Source: Candidatus Dietzia intestinigallinarum
GTDB taxonomy: Bacteria > Actinomycetota > Actinomycetes > Mycobacteriales > Mycobacteriaceae
Length of the DNA: 64,000 bases
Assembly (NCBI GenBank): GCA_019119875.1
Contig: DWWG01000012.1
Location: 25,214 to 89,213 of the forward strand
Direction: 5' to 3'
Part shown: in pieces, positions 1-8,087 of the stretch
Layout: each line of letters begins with the position of its first letter
Position numbering within the stretch: position 1 is the stretch's first letter
Notes under the pieces: model-generated
What the model saw: only the letters and a program-made list of their open reading frames with translations
Databases searched by the model: none
Told to the model about the DNA's origin: nothing
Translations under genes and position numbers: made by a program

Positions 1-182
1 AGCGCCACCCGGCGACACCGGGGACTCGGTCGACGCCCGCGTGTGGCCGCGGTCGTCCCGGTACCCCGTCCAGTGTGGTCTACTCCACGTCCACGTGCGC
101 GAGAATGTCGGCCGTTCACCCCGTTCGAGCCTGATCCGTGCGCCCGGCACAGAACCCCGCCCGTCGGCGGCGCGGGCGTCTT

Positions 183-226
183 GACGTGGGCCGATGGGGG
201 TCAGGACGTGGACCGATGGGGGTCAG
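183..226. repeat. 22-bp tandem duplication (2 copies, 1 mismatch)
   Basis: GACGTGGGCCGATGGGGGTCAG (183-204) directly followed by GACGTGGACCGATGGGGGTCAG (205-226). Confidence 0.85.
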
Positions 227-279
227 GCGGGAGCGCGCCGGGACGCCGTGGGCCGTGAGGTGCCCGGTGGTCCCGGTCG

Positions 280-2085
280 TCACCTCCCGGCGGCACGACG
301 CCCGGCCGACCAGGCGGTCCAGAGCCGCCGGTAGATCCCGTCGCGGGTCAGGAGCTGGTCGTGGGTCCCGGACTCGACGATGCGCCCGGAGTCCATGACC
401 AGGATCCGATCGGCGCGGGAGGCCTGATCTAGTCGATGGGCCACCACCACGGCAGATCTGTCGCGGGTCACCTCGTCGGCGGCGTCCTCCAGGGCTCCGG
501 CGCCGGCGGATCCGGCCTCCGCGGTGGCCTCGTCCATCACCACGATCGCCGGGTCGAGGAGTAGCACGCGGGCCAGTGCGAGCTGCTGCGCGGCGACGGG
601 GTCGAGGTGGATGCCGCGCGCGCCGACCACGGTGTCCAGGCCGTCGGCGAGCCGGCCGAACCAGCCGCGGGCGTGCACGCGGTCGAGTGCGGTGAGGAGT
701 TGGTCGTCCGTGGCGTCGGGCCGGGCAAGTGTGAGGTCCTGGCGCAGGGTGCCCGAGAAGACGTGCACCTCCTGGCTGACCGTGGCCAGGCGCGCGATCC
801 GCTCGCGGTCCGAGAGCGAGGAGACGGGGTGGTCGTCGACCAGCACCTCCCCGCGATCGGGGACGAGCAGTCCGGCGAGCAGCGCGGCGACGGTGGTCTT
901 GCCGGCCCCGGACACGCCGACGATCGCGACGGTCTGGCCGGGCTCGACGGTGAAGTCGATGTCCCGTACGGCCCACCCGCCGCCGTAGCTGAAGCTCACT
1001 CCCCGCAATTCGACCCGCCCGAGCGGGGTGCCCGCGCCCACATCGGGGACGGGCACCGGAGGGTCCGCCACGACACCCACGATCCGGGCGAGCGAGGCGT
1101 ACCCGGACTGCACCACGTCGAGCACCCGCATGACCATGTTGAGCGGGCCCCGCAGGCGGATGACCATGAGCACGGCGCCCGTGACGGCACCGACGGTGAG
1201 CGTGCCGCCACCGACGAGGTGGTAGCCGATGATCAGCGTCAGCGCGAGCATGCCGAACTCGGCGATGAGCATCCAGACGTTGAGGATGAGCATCGTGGTG
1301 CGCGCACGGATGCCCTTGGTCACCACGTTCCACGAGGCGTTCGCGATCTCGTGGTGCATGCGGTCCTCCATCGAGAACGCACGCACCGTGGCCCGCCCGC
1401 GGATGGCCTCCAGGACGCGGTGCGCCCGCTCGGCCATCGCCGCCCGCTCCTCGGCGTAGCGACCCGGTGCGCGACGGAGGTAGAGCCGCGCGGCCAGGTA
1501 GTAGACGGGGGCCACGAGCAGCGGGACGAGCAGGAACTGCCAGTCCAGCGCGAACAGCGCGATCACGGTCGCGGCGAGGGTGAACACCGATCCGGTGAGG
1601 ATGGGAACGGTCTCGGTGACGGCGGTCGACAGTTCCGAGACGTCGTCGGTGGAGCGGCTGACGAGATCGCCGGAGCCGGCGTCCTCGACGCGGTGGGTGG
1701 GCAGCCCCAGTGCGGTTCCGACCATGTCCTGGCGCAGGTTGGCGATCACCCGTTCGGCCACCCGCGAGACCAGGTAGAAGCCGCCGGCGCTCAGGACCGC
1801 TCCGGTGACGGCCGCCCCGAACAGCGCGACCCCGAGCTGCCAGAACGGCTGGGACGAGGTGCCCGTCACGACGTCGACGATCCGGCCCATCAGCTGCGGG
1901 ACCGTCACCGTGGCCCAGGCCCCGAGGCTGAGGAGGAGGACGGCGGCGAGAAGCGCCGGTCTGCCGTGGCGGACTCGCCGGAGCTGGGTGGCCACCTCGT
2001 GGCGGACCTGCCCGAATGTGGCCAGCGGGAACCGGAGTGCGGTGTCGCCCTTGACCGGGGGAGCGGGGTCGACCGGCGCGCTCAT
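280..2085 (-). CDS. ABC exporter, fused TMD-NBD (heterodimer subunit B)
   Basis: Start re-picked at MSAPVDP (ATG 2085, ATGA overlap with upstream gene); TM helices; Walker A GVSGAGKTT, Walker B VVMDEAT, H-loop VAHRL; signature degenerate (HLDPVAAQQ). Confidence 0.9.
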   Translation of the reverse strand: MSAPVDPAPPVKGDTALRFPLATFGQVRHEVATQLRRVRHGRPALLAAVLLLSLGAWATVTVPQLMGRIVDVVTGTSSQPFWQLGVALFGAAVTGAVLSAGGFYLVSRVAERVIANLRQDMVGTALGLPTHRVEDAGSGDLVSRSTDDVSELSTAVTETVPILTGSVFTLAATVIALFALDWQFLLVPLLVAPVYYLAARLYLRRAPGRYAEERAAMAERAHRVLEAIRGRATVRAFSMEDRMHHEIANASWNVVTKGIRARTTMLILNVWMLIAEFGMLALTLIIGYHLVGGGTLTVGAVTGAVLMVIRLRGPLNMVMRVLDVVQSGYASLARIVGVVADPPVPVPDVGAGTPLGRVELRGVSFSYGGGWAVRDIDFTVEPGQTVAIVGVSGAGKTTVAALLAGLLVPDRGEVLVDDHPVSSLSDRERIARLATVSQEVHVFSGTLRQDLTLARPDATDDQLLTALDRVHARGWFGRLADGLDTVVGARGIHLDPVAAQQLALARVLLLDPAIVVMDEATAEAGSAGAGALEDAADEVTRDRSAVVVAHRLDQASRADRILVMDSGRIVESGTHDQLLTRDGIYRRLWTAWSAGRRAAGR

Positions 2086-3686
2086 CGGGCCGGTTCCGTG
2101 GTCTGGTCGCCGAGCAGCCCGCCGACGAGGTGGGTGAGGGAGTCGGTGGACAGGTGGGCGTCGGCGACCGAGCTCCAGGCCGGGGCCTGCGTGAACACCA
2201 GCGTGATCGATCCCGAACGGTGCCGGGCGACCCGGTCGGCGATCGTCTGCTCGGTCACGGAGTCGACCGCGGTGGTCGGGTCCTGCAGGATGAGCACCTC
2301 GGCGCCGGCGGCCAGCGCCCGTGCCAGGGCGACCCGTTGCCGCTGCCCGCCGGAGAGCATGCGGCCGTTCTCGCCGACGCGCTTGTCCGGCCCCTCGGGG
2401 ATGTCGTCGCAGGCGGCGATGTGCAGGGCCTCCTCGGCCCGGGCCCGGTCGGGGTGGACGTTGTCGGCCACGGTGCCGTCGAACAGGTCGGCCGCGTGAG
2501 GGGCGACGATCACGCGGGTGCGGGGCAGGCCCTCGAGGCGGTGCACCAGCTCCGGGTCCGAGCCGTGGACGGCGATGATCCCCGTGGGCAGCGCCTCGAT
2601 CACCCCGTCGGCGCACTCGCTGGCGAGCTCGGTGGGGCGCTCGAAATCCGCCCCGAGAACCTCGCGGATGCGCTGGCCGGACGCCTCGGCCGAGGCCCAG
2701 CGCGAGGCGAGGTTCCGGCCGAACATGGTCATGGGCACCACGAGGAACTGGGTCAGTCCCACCACGGTGATGAGCTCGCCCACGCTCACGTGCCCGGACA
2801 GCGCCAGGTAGCCGGCGGTGAGCCCGAGGGTGGAGACGAACAGGGCGCCGGCCGCATCCGTGGCCGCGTTGAGTCTGGCCTCGGCGGCGTTGGCGTGCAC
2901 GGTGCGCTCGTAGGCCGCGTCCGAGACCTCGTTGTAGCGGCCGCGGACGGTGACGATCGCGCCCAGCCCCTTGAGGATCCGCAGTCCCTGCACCACGTCG
3001 GTGGCGGTCGCGGCGGCCTCGGCGATCGCCTGTTGCCGGGCCACGGACCGTTTCTGGAGGGGGCGGGCGACACGCAGCGCCACCACCGCCAGCAGTGGCC
3101 CGCCGATGACGGTGCCCAGGCTGAGCCACGGGTTGATCGTGTACATCACGGCCGCGCCGTAGATGATCGCCGCGGCCTCGGCCACCGGCATGACGGTCAT
3201 CATCACGATGTCGCCGACCCGGGTGGTGTCCGAGGAGGCGATGGACAGCAGCCCGCCGGGGGTGCGGTCGCGGCCGGCGAACCCGCGTGGGTCCTGGATG
3301 CGGTCGGTCACCAGGGTGCGCAGGTCGTGGCTCACCAGCTGCTGGCTGCGCACGAGCATGAAGCGCGCGGTCCAGTTGGCGATGATCGACACCAGGAACA
3401 CGCACGCCAGCACCCCTATCCAGAGCACCAGGCGCCCCGCTGACGTGGTGCTCACGGCGTCGTCGACGGCGCGGCCCACCACGACCGGGGTCACACCGTT
3501 GCACACGAACGCCAGGGCCATCGCCCCGGAGGCGAGGAAGCTCCACGGCCGCTGGGACAGTGCGACCTTGAGAGTCCACCAGCGCGCGTCGACGGGCGGG
3601 ATGAGTGACCTTCGCCCGCCCGGGCCGGGGAGCGCCGCGTAGTCGACGGTGCTCGCGCGCCCGGTGTCTGAGAGGTTGTCGGGCAT
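2082..3686 (-). CDS. ABC exporter, fused TMD-NBD (heterodimer subunit A, truncated/degenerate NBD)
   Basis: 534 aa; ABC membrane domain, signature LSGGQRQR, Walker B-like LILQDPTT; no Walker A recognisable. Confidence 0.88.
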   Translation of the reverse strand: MPDNLSDTGRASTVDYAALPGPGGRRSLIPPVDARWWTLKVALSQRPWSFLASGAMALAFVCNGVTPVVVGRAVDDAVSTTSAGRLVLWIGVLACVFLVSIIANWTARFMLVRSQQLVSHDLRTLVTDRIQDPRGFAGRDRTPGGLLSIASSDTTRVGDIVMMTVMPVAEAAAIIYGAAVMYTINPWLSLGTVIGGPLLAVVALRVARPLQKRSVARQQAIAEAAATATDVVQGLRILKGLGAIVTVRGRYNEVSDAAYERTVHANAAEARLNAATDAAGALFVSTLGLTAGYLALSGHVSVGELITVVGLTQFLVVPMTMFGRNLASRWASAEASGQRIREVLGADFERPTELASECADGVIEALPTGIIAVHGSDPELVHRLEGLPRTRVIVAPHAADLFDGTVADNVHPDRARAEEALHIAACDDIPEGPDKRVGENGRMLSGGQRQRVALARALAAGAEVLILQDPTTAVDSVTEQTIADRVARHRSGSITLVFTQAPAWSSVADAHLSTDSLTHLVGGLLGDQTTEPAR

Positions 3687-3767
3687 GGGGGTCGATATTA
3701 CCGCCGCCCCGGCGTCGGCCCGCCGCGCGAGCGCCTGACCTGCCGGAATCGTCGGCCGCCCGGGGAG

Positions 3768-4208
3768 TCAGCTCGCCACGCCCCGTAGGCTGCCGTTGTG
3801 GGCCGCCCGCCCGCCGACGATCTCCACCCGGTCCAGATCGGCCACCCCGAACGCGAGGAGGGCCTGTCCCGAGGCGTCGAGGGTGTCCTCGATCGTGCGC
3901 AGCCAGCCCCGGACGAGCCTGTCGGGGAGGCGGCGCCGGGAGGAGACGGCCACGAGCAGACCCGGAGCCGGGATCTGGGGCAGGAAATCCATGACCTCGC
4001 GACGGGTGGTGGCGGGTTCGGCCCAGTCCGTCTCCGCCACCATGATCGGCGAGGGGATCCCCCGGTCGAGGTCATCGCACGGCAGAATCAGCAGCGAGTT
4101 GAGCAGGCGGTCCCGGTATCCCATCAGCAGGTCGATGACGCCGGCGGCGAGCGGGGCGTCGTCCAGGGGCAGGGTGGTCCAGTTCTCGGGCAGGTTCTCG
4201 AATCTCAT
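3768..4208 (-). CDS. hypothetical protein (146 aa)
   Basis: Globular-looking composition unlike the Arg/Pro/Gly-rich shadow frames; fills the gap between genes. Confidence 0.65.
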   Translation of the reverse strand: MRFENLPENWTTLPLDDAPLAAGVIDLLMGYRDRLLNSLLILPCDDLDRGIPSPIMVAETDWAEPATTRREVMDFLPQIPAPGLLVAVSSRRRLPDRLVRGWLRTIEDTLDASGQALLAFGVADLDRVEIVGGRAAHNGSLRGVAS

Positions 4209-4472
4209 GCCGTCGAGTCTCGGCCACGAGCTTCTGCCGGAACAGCCCGCGACGGTGATCTGTGGACAACCGGTCCCCGCTGTGGAGGACCGGGATCAAC
4301 GGGAACCGGGCCGCTGCCCGGGGCGTCTGTCAGGAGGGCCGGTCGAGAGGGCCGCGCCCGGGGCGTCAAGGGTGGGAGGGGACGACGTCGTCGTCGTCCC
4401 CCGCGAGGGTCTGTCGGTAACCGGTTAGGCTCGGCGACGCGCCGGCGTGACGACGACGACGAGGAGTTCCGG

Positions 4473-4945
4473 ATGCACCGACCGAGGATCATCTGCCATA
4501 TGCACACCCTGCTCGACGGCAAGGTGGACGGGATCGCGAACATCACCGAGGTCGGGATGCGCGCCCAACGCCGGTACTTCGATCTCATGCTGGGGCCGGA
4601 CCGGGCCTTCTCCGGGCACGGGGGGTGTCGTACCTGATCGTCGGTCACGAGCAGCTCGACATGGCCGAGGCCGTGCGCCGGATCGGCCGGACGTTCGGGG
4701 TCGACGAGATCATTCTGGGTGGCGGCCCGACCCTCAACTGGTCGATGATCAGGCAGGGTCTGGTGGACGAGATCAGTCTTGTGCTGATGCCCACCGCCGA
4801 CGCCGAGCCGCACACGTCCCCGCTGTTCCGCGCGACCGATGGCGCCCGGCCGATCCCCGTCGAGTTCGCGCTCCGCTCCGTCGAGGCACTGGACGACGGC
4901 AGCGTGTGGCTGCGCTACGACGTGGTGGGCGAGATCGCGGACTGA
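4473..4945 (+). pseudogene. RibD-C/dihydrofolate-reductase-family oxidoreductase, frameshifted and apparently internally deleted
   Basis: RBS GAGGAG then MHRPRIICHMHTLLDGKVDG (family-type N-terminus), stop at 4637; C-terminal half GVSYLIVG...LGGGPTLNWSMIRQGLVDEISLV in another frame; switch at G6 run 4620-4625. Confidence 0.75.
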
Positions 4946-4977
4946 CCGGGCCTCGTCCCGCCGGTGTGGGGCCGGGC

Positions 4978-5184
4978 TCAGGGCTCGTGCCGGAATCCCA
5001 CCTTGACGGTGACCTGCCAGTGGGCGACCGTGCCCTCGTCGAGCTTGCCCCGCACGGACTGGACCTCGAACCACTCGAGGTTGCGGAGCGTCCTGGAGGC
5101 CTCTGCGACCGCGTTGGCGACGGCCTGGTCGGAACTCTCGGGGGAGGATCCGACGATTTCGGTGATGTTGTAGATCCGGTTCAC
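4978..5184 (-). CDS. dodecin, flavin-binding protein (68 aa)
   Basis: GTG start with RBS GAGGAGG; YNITEIVGSSPESS..AVANAV..A..TLRNLEWFEV...WQVTVKVGF is the dodecin pattern. Confidence 0.9.
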   Translation of the reverse strand: MNRIYNITEIVGSSPESSDQAVANAVAEASRTLRNLEWFEVQSVRGKLDEGTVAHWQVTVKVGFRHEP

Positions 5185-5312
5185 GATGCCCTCCTCGGGT
5201 GTGATGAACATCACTCTACGCCTCTTCGGTGGGTGGCGAGGTCCCGCAGGGAGTGGACTCCGGTGCGGTCGCCCGGAGCGGGCGTCGTGGCGGCGACGGC
5301 CGCACGGTGCGC

Positions 5313-6785
5313 TCAGCGGGCGCGGGCGAGATCCTTCGGCCCGGCATCTCCTGCCGGCGGGGTCGGCGCCCCGGTGGCGGTGTGGTTCGGCCGGTGTCCG
5401 CTCCTGATCAGCAACACCACGAGGGCGCCGGCGACGGCGGCTCCGGCGCCGATGAGGAAGCACAGCCGGAACATCTCCTGGGTGGGGGCCTGGACGCCGC
5501 CGCCGATGTCGATCAAGCGGCTGGTGAGGACGATGGCCATCACCGAGCCGGCGATGGTCGTGCCCATGGAACGCATCAACGAGTTCAGGCCGACACCCGC
5601 CCCGGCCTCGGAGGCCGGGGAGTTCTCGAGGATCAGCGTGGGCATGGCGGCGTAGCCGATTCCGACACCGGCGGAGGCGATGCACGTGGAGACGAGCAGC
5701 TGCCACGGTGCGTGGGCGAAGAACGCGGCGACGAGGTATCCGACCGCGATCACCCCCGCGCCCAGGGCGAGCGTGGTGCGGCCGCCGAGCCGGGTGAGCA
5801 TCCGGCTGGAGATCGGGGTGAACGCGAGCATCATCAGGCCTCCGGGGGCCATCCACATCCCGGCCTCGAGCATCGACTGACCGAGTCCGTAGCCGGTGGA
5901 TTCGGGCAGCTGGAGGAGCTGGGGGACGACGATCGACTGCGCCATCATGCCGAACCCGACGAGGAGCGCGGCGATATTGGTGAGCAGGATGGGGCGGCGG
6001 GCGGTGGTCCGCAGGTCGACGAGCGGCTGGTCGTGCCGCGTCTCGTAGAGGCCCCACGCGAGCAGGACCGCGGCGCCGCCGATGACCGCGAACAGCGTGA
6101 CCGGTGAGGTCCACCCCCAGTCGCCGCCCTTGGAGATGCCGCCGAGGACCGCCACGACGCCGATCGCCAGGCCGATGGCGCCCACGGGGTCGAACCGGGC
6201 CCGGGCCACCGGCCGCCGGTGGGGCAACACGACCAGGGAGAGCACGGCCATGACGGCGGCGAGTGCGCTGGAGACCCAGAACAGGGTGTGCCAGTCGTGA
6301 TCCTGGGCGATCCAGGCGGAGAGGGGGAGCCCGAGCGCGCCTCCCACGCCGAGCGTGGCGCTGATACCGGCGACCGCGGAGTTCTGCATGGTGGGTGGGG
6401 CGATCTCCCGGACGAAGCTGATCGCCACGGGGACATAGCCCATCGCCAGGCCCTGGAGGGCGCGCCCGACCAGGACCGGGACGAGCGACGACGACACGGC
6501 GCAGATGAGTGAGCCCGCCAGCAGGATGAGTGCGGAGGCGACCAGAACCGGTTTACGGCCTCGGATGTCGGCCAGGCGCCCGGCCACCGGCATCGCCACG
6601 CCGCCCGCGAGGAGGGTCGCCGTGACCACCCACGCCGCGTTGTCCGGTGCGGTGTCGAGCAGTCGGGGCAGTTCGGGCTGGATCGGGATCACCAGCGACT
6701 GCATGAGCGAGGCGCACATGCTGGAGAAGCCGAGGACCAGGATGACGGCCAACGGGGCCGTCGCGCGGTCGCGGGGGTGGTTCAT
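5313..6785 (-). CDS. MFS transporter (DHA2-like, about 14 TM)
   Basis: ATG 6785 with RBS GAAAGGA; motif A GRLADIRGRKPVL; many hydrophobic helices. Confidence 0.9.
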   Translation of the reverse strand: MNHPRDRATAPLAVILVLGFSSMCASLMQSLVIPIQPELPRLLDTAPDNAAWVVTATLLAGGVAMPVAGRLADIRGRKPVLVASALILLAGSLICAVSSSLVPVLVGRALQGLAMGYVPVAISFVREIAPPTMQNSAVAGISATLGVGGALGLPLSAWIAQDHDWHTLFWVSSALAAVMAVLSLVVLPHRRPVARARFDPVGAIGLAIGVVAVLGGISKGGDWGWTSPVTLFAVIGGAAVLLAWGLYETRHDQPLVDLRTTARRPILLTNIAALLVGFGMMAQSIVVPQLLQLPESTGYGLGQSMLEAGMWMAPGGLMMLAFTPISSRMLTRLGGRTTLALGAGVIAVGYLVAAFFAHAPWQLLVSTCIASAGVGIGYAAMPTLILENSPASEAGAGVGLNSLMRSMGTTIAGSVMAIVLTSRLIDIGGGVQAPTQEMFRLCFLIGAGAAVAGALVVLLIRSGHRPNHTATGAPTPPAGDAGPKDLARAR

Positions 6786-6814
6786 CTGTTCCTTTCGGGC
6801 ACGTCGCCCGGCTC

Positions 6815-6855
6815 TGTGTATGTAACATACATATTGGATTTGTGTAGAGTACATA
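6815..6855. promoter_or_regulatory. putative MarR operator(s) in divergent MFS/marR promoter
   Basis: AT-rich inverted repeat TGTATGT-A-ACATACA (6817-6831) plus related copy TGTGTAGAGTACATA (6841-6855). Confidence 0.6.
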
Positions 6856-6937
6856 TCGCATCCGGGCCTGGCAATCCGGCAGCCGGCCGCCGGGCCGTGG
6901 GCTGGTGCGGGATGAGTCGCTGGAGGAGGAACGCAGG

Positions 6938-7402
6938 GTGACGGAGCCTCGCGAGGACTGGCTGGGGGCCGATATGCCCGCGGAACGTCGGCTCGCGGCG
7001 GTTCTCTTCCGACTCGACGATCAGCGCCGCGTCATGGAGAGCAGCATGCATCTCGGTACCGCGGATCTGCGGCTGCTGTGGCTCCTGGCGGACGGCCGGG
7101 CCCGCACCCTGAGGGAGATCGCTCACGAACTCCATCTGGAACAGTCCACGATCAACCGTCAGGTCAACGCGGCCCTCAACTCGGGGTACGTGGAGCGGCG
7201 GCGCCGGGTGGGTGGCAACGCCCACGAGTTCGTGCGAACGAACGAGGGGCGCCGGGTCTTCGAGGCGGACACCGCCCGCTCGCTCGGCGCGTACGCCGCC
7301 GCGCTGCGGAAGATGACGCCACAGGACTCCGAGTCCTTCCTGGCTCTGGCACAGGAGTTCCTCGACCACTATCGGCAAGAAGTCGCGGACGCCACCGACT
7401 GA
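6938..7402 (+). CDS. MarR-family transcriptional regulator
   Basis: wHTH pattern (LREIAHELHLEQSTINRQVNAALNSGYVER); GTG 6938 after GGAGGA; divergent from MFS. Confidence 0.88.
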   Translation: MTEPREDWLGADMPAERRLAAVLFRLDDQRRVMESSMHLGTADLRLLWLLADGRARTLREIAHELHLEQSTINRQVNAALNSGYVERRRRVGGNAHEFVRTNEGRRVFEADTARSLGAYAAALRKMTPQDSESFLALAQEFLDHYRQEVADATD

Positions 7403-7447
7403 TGTCGCCGCTTCGTCAGGCCGCTGCGCCCGGGTCGAGCACGGACC

Positions 7448-7474
7448 GCGAGCCGACGGCGGCCATCGGCTCGC
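7448..7474 (+). terminator. stem-loop after marR
   Basis: GCGAGCCGA-N9-TCGGCTCGC, perfect 9-bp stem. Confidence 0.5.
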
Positions 7475-7517
7475 GCCTTCGCCTGCACGTGGACTGATCC
7501 GGTGGGACAGTGGAGGA

Positions 7518-8042
7518 ATGGACGCTCCAGAACCGGGAATGCCCGACGACCGTGACTGGACCACCGTGCTGGAGGCCGGCTGTGGGGAATGCGGCTACCG
7601 GCCGCACGACCCGCCGGACACCGCCGCTCGACTCGCGTCAGCGGCCGAGCGTTGGAACGCGGTACTGGCCGGTCCCGACGTCGACCGGCGACCGGCACCG
7701 CGCGTGTGGTCGCCCCTGGAATACGCAGGCCACTGTCGCGATCTCATCGAGGTGCTGGGGGATCGGCTCCGGGCGATGCTGGCGGAGGAGGAGCCCACCT
7801 ACGCGGATTTCGACGGCGAGGCCGCGGTCCGCGAACGCGAGTACTGGCGCGCCGACCCCGGTGTGCTCGCCGAGCAGCTCGCCCGTGAGACCGAGCGGAC
7901 CCGCCGGGTGCTCGCGGGCGTCGCAGGCGCCGACTGGCAGCGCACCGGGCGTCGGGGCGACGGATTCGTCTTCACCATCGCCACGCTGAGTCAGTACATC
8001 GTCCACGACGTCGAACACCACCTGTACGACGTGGACGGGTGA
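7518..8042 (+). CDS. DinB-superfamily protein
   Basis: RBS GGAGGA; WSPLEYAGHCRD and HDVEHHLYDV metal-binding His pattern; N-terminal CGECG. Confidence 0.85.
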   Translation: MDAPEPGMPDDRDWTTVLEAGCGECGYRPHDPPDTAARLASAAERWNAVLAGPDVDRRPAPRVWSPLEYAGHCRDLIEVLGDRLRAMLAEEEPTYADFDGEAAVREREYWRADPGVLAEQLARETERTRRVLAGVAGADWQRTGRRGDGFVFTIATLSQYIVHDVEHHLYDVDG

Positions 8043-8051
8043 GACCACCCC

Positions 8052-8075
8052 GCAGCGGCCGGTAGGCGCCGCTGC
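8052..8075. terminator. hairpin between convergent dinB and antiporter genes
   Basis: GCAGCGGC-N8-GCCGCTGC. Confidence 0.5.
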
Positions 8076-8087
8076 GCCACCGGCCCG

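Noticed and set aside
1-279. Possible coding sequence at the left edge (ORFs 43..258, 138..398)
   Set aside because: No recognisable motif, RBS or protein-like composition in any frame I checked.
607-2499. 630-aa plus-strand ORF (similarly 2130..3443, 10389..12116, 24799..26454, 35444..37249, 36985..38682, 43824..45581, 52122..54035, 60039..61439)
   Set aside because: Antisense shadow ORFs of well-supported genes, expected at about 70% GC; no motifs.
2086-3579. First 498 codons of the 1099-aa ORF 280..3579
   Set aside because: Arg/Pro/Gly-rich off-frame read-through overlapping the real gene 2082..3686; the true start is 2085.
4315-4330. Possible SigE/SigH promoter near the RibD-like gene (GGGAAC followed by CGTC)
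   Set aside because: The -10 is CGTC rather than CGTT and it lies about 150 bp from the start; too weak.
4978-6114. 378-aa ORF
   Set aside because: Only the last 68 aa (dodecin) are real; the rest is an alternative frame of the MFS gene.
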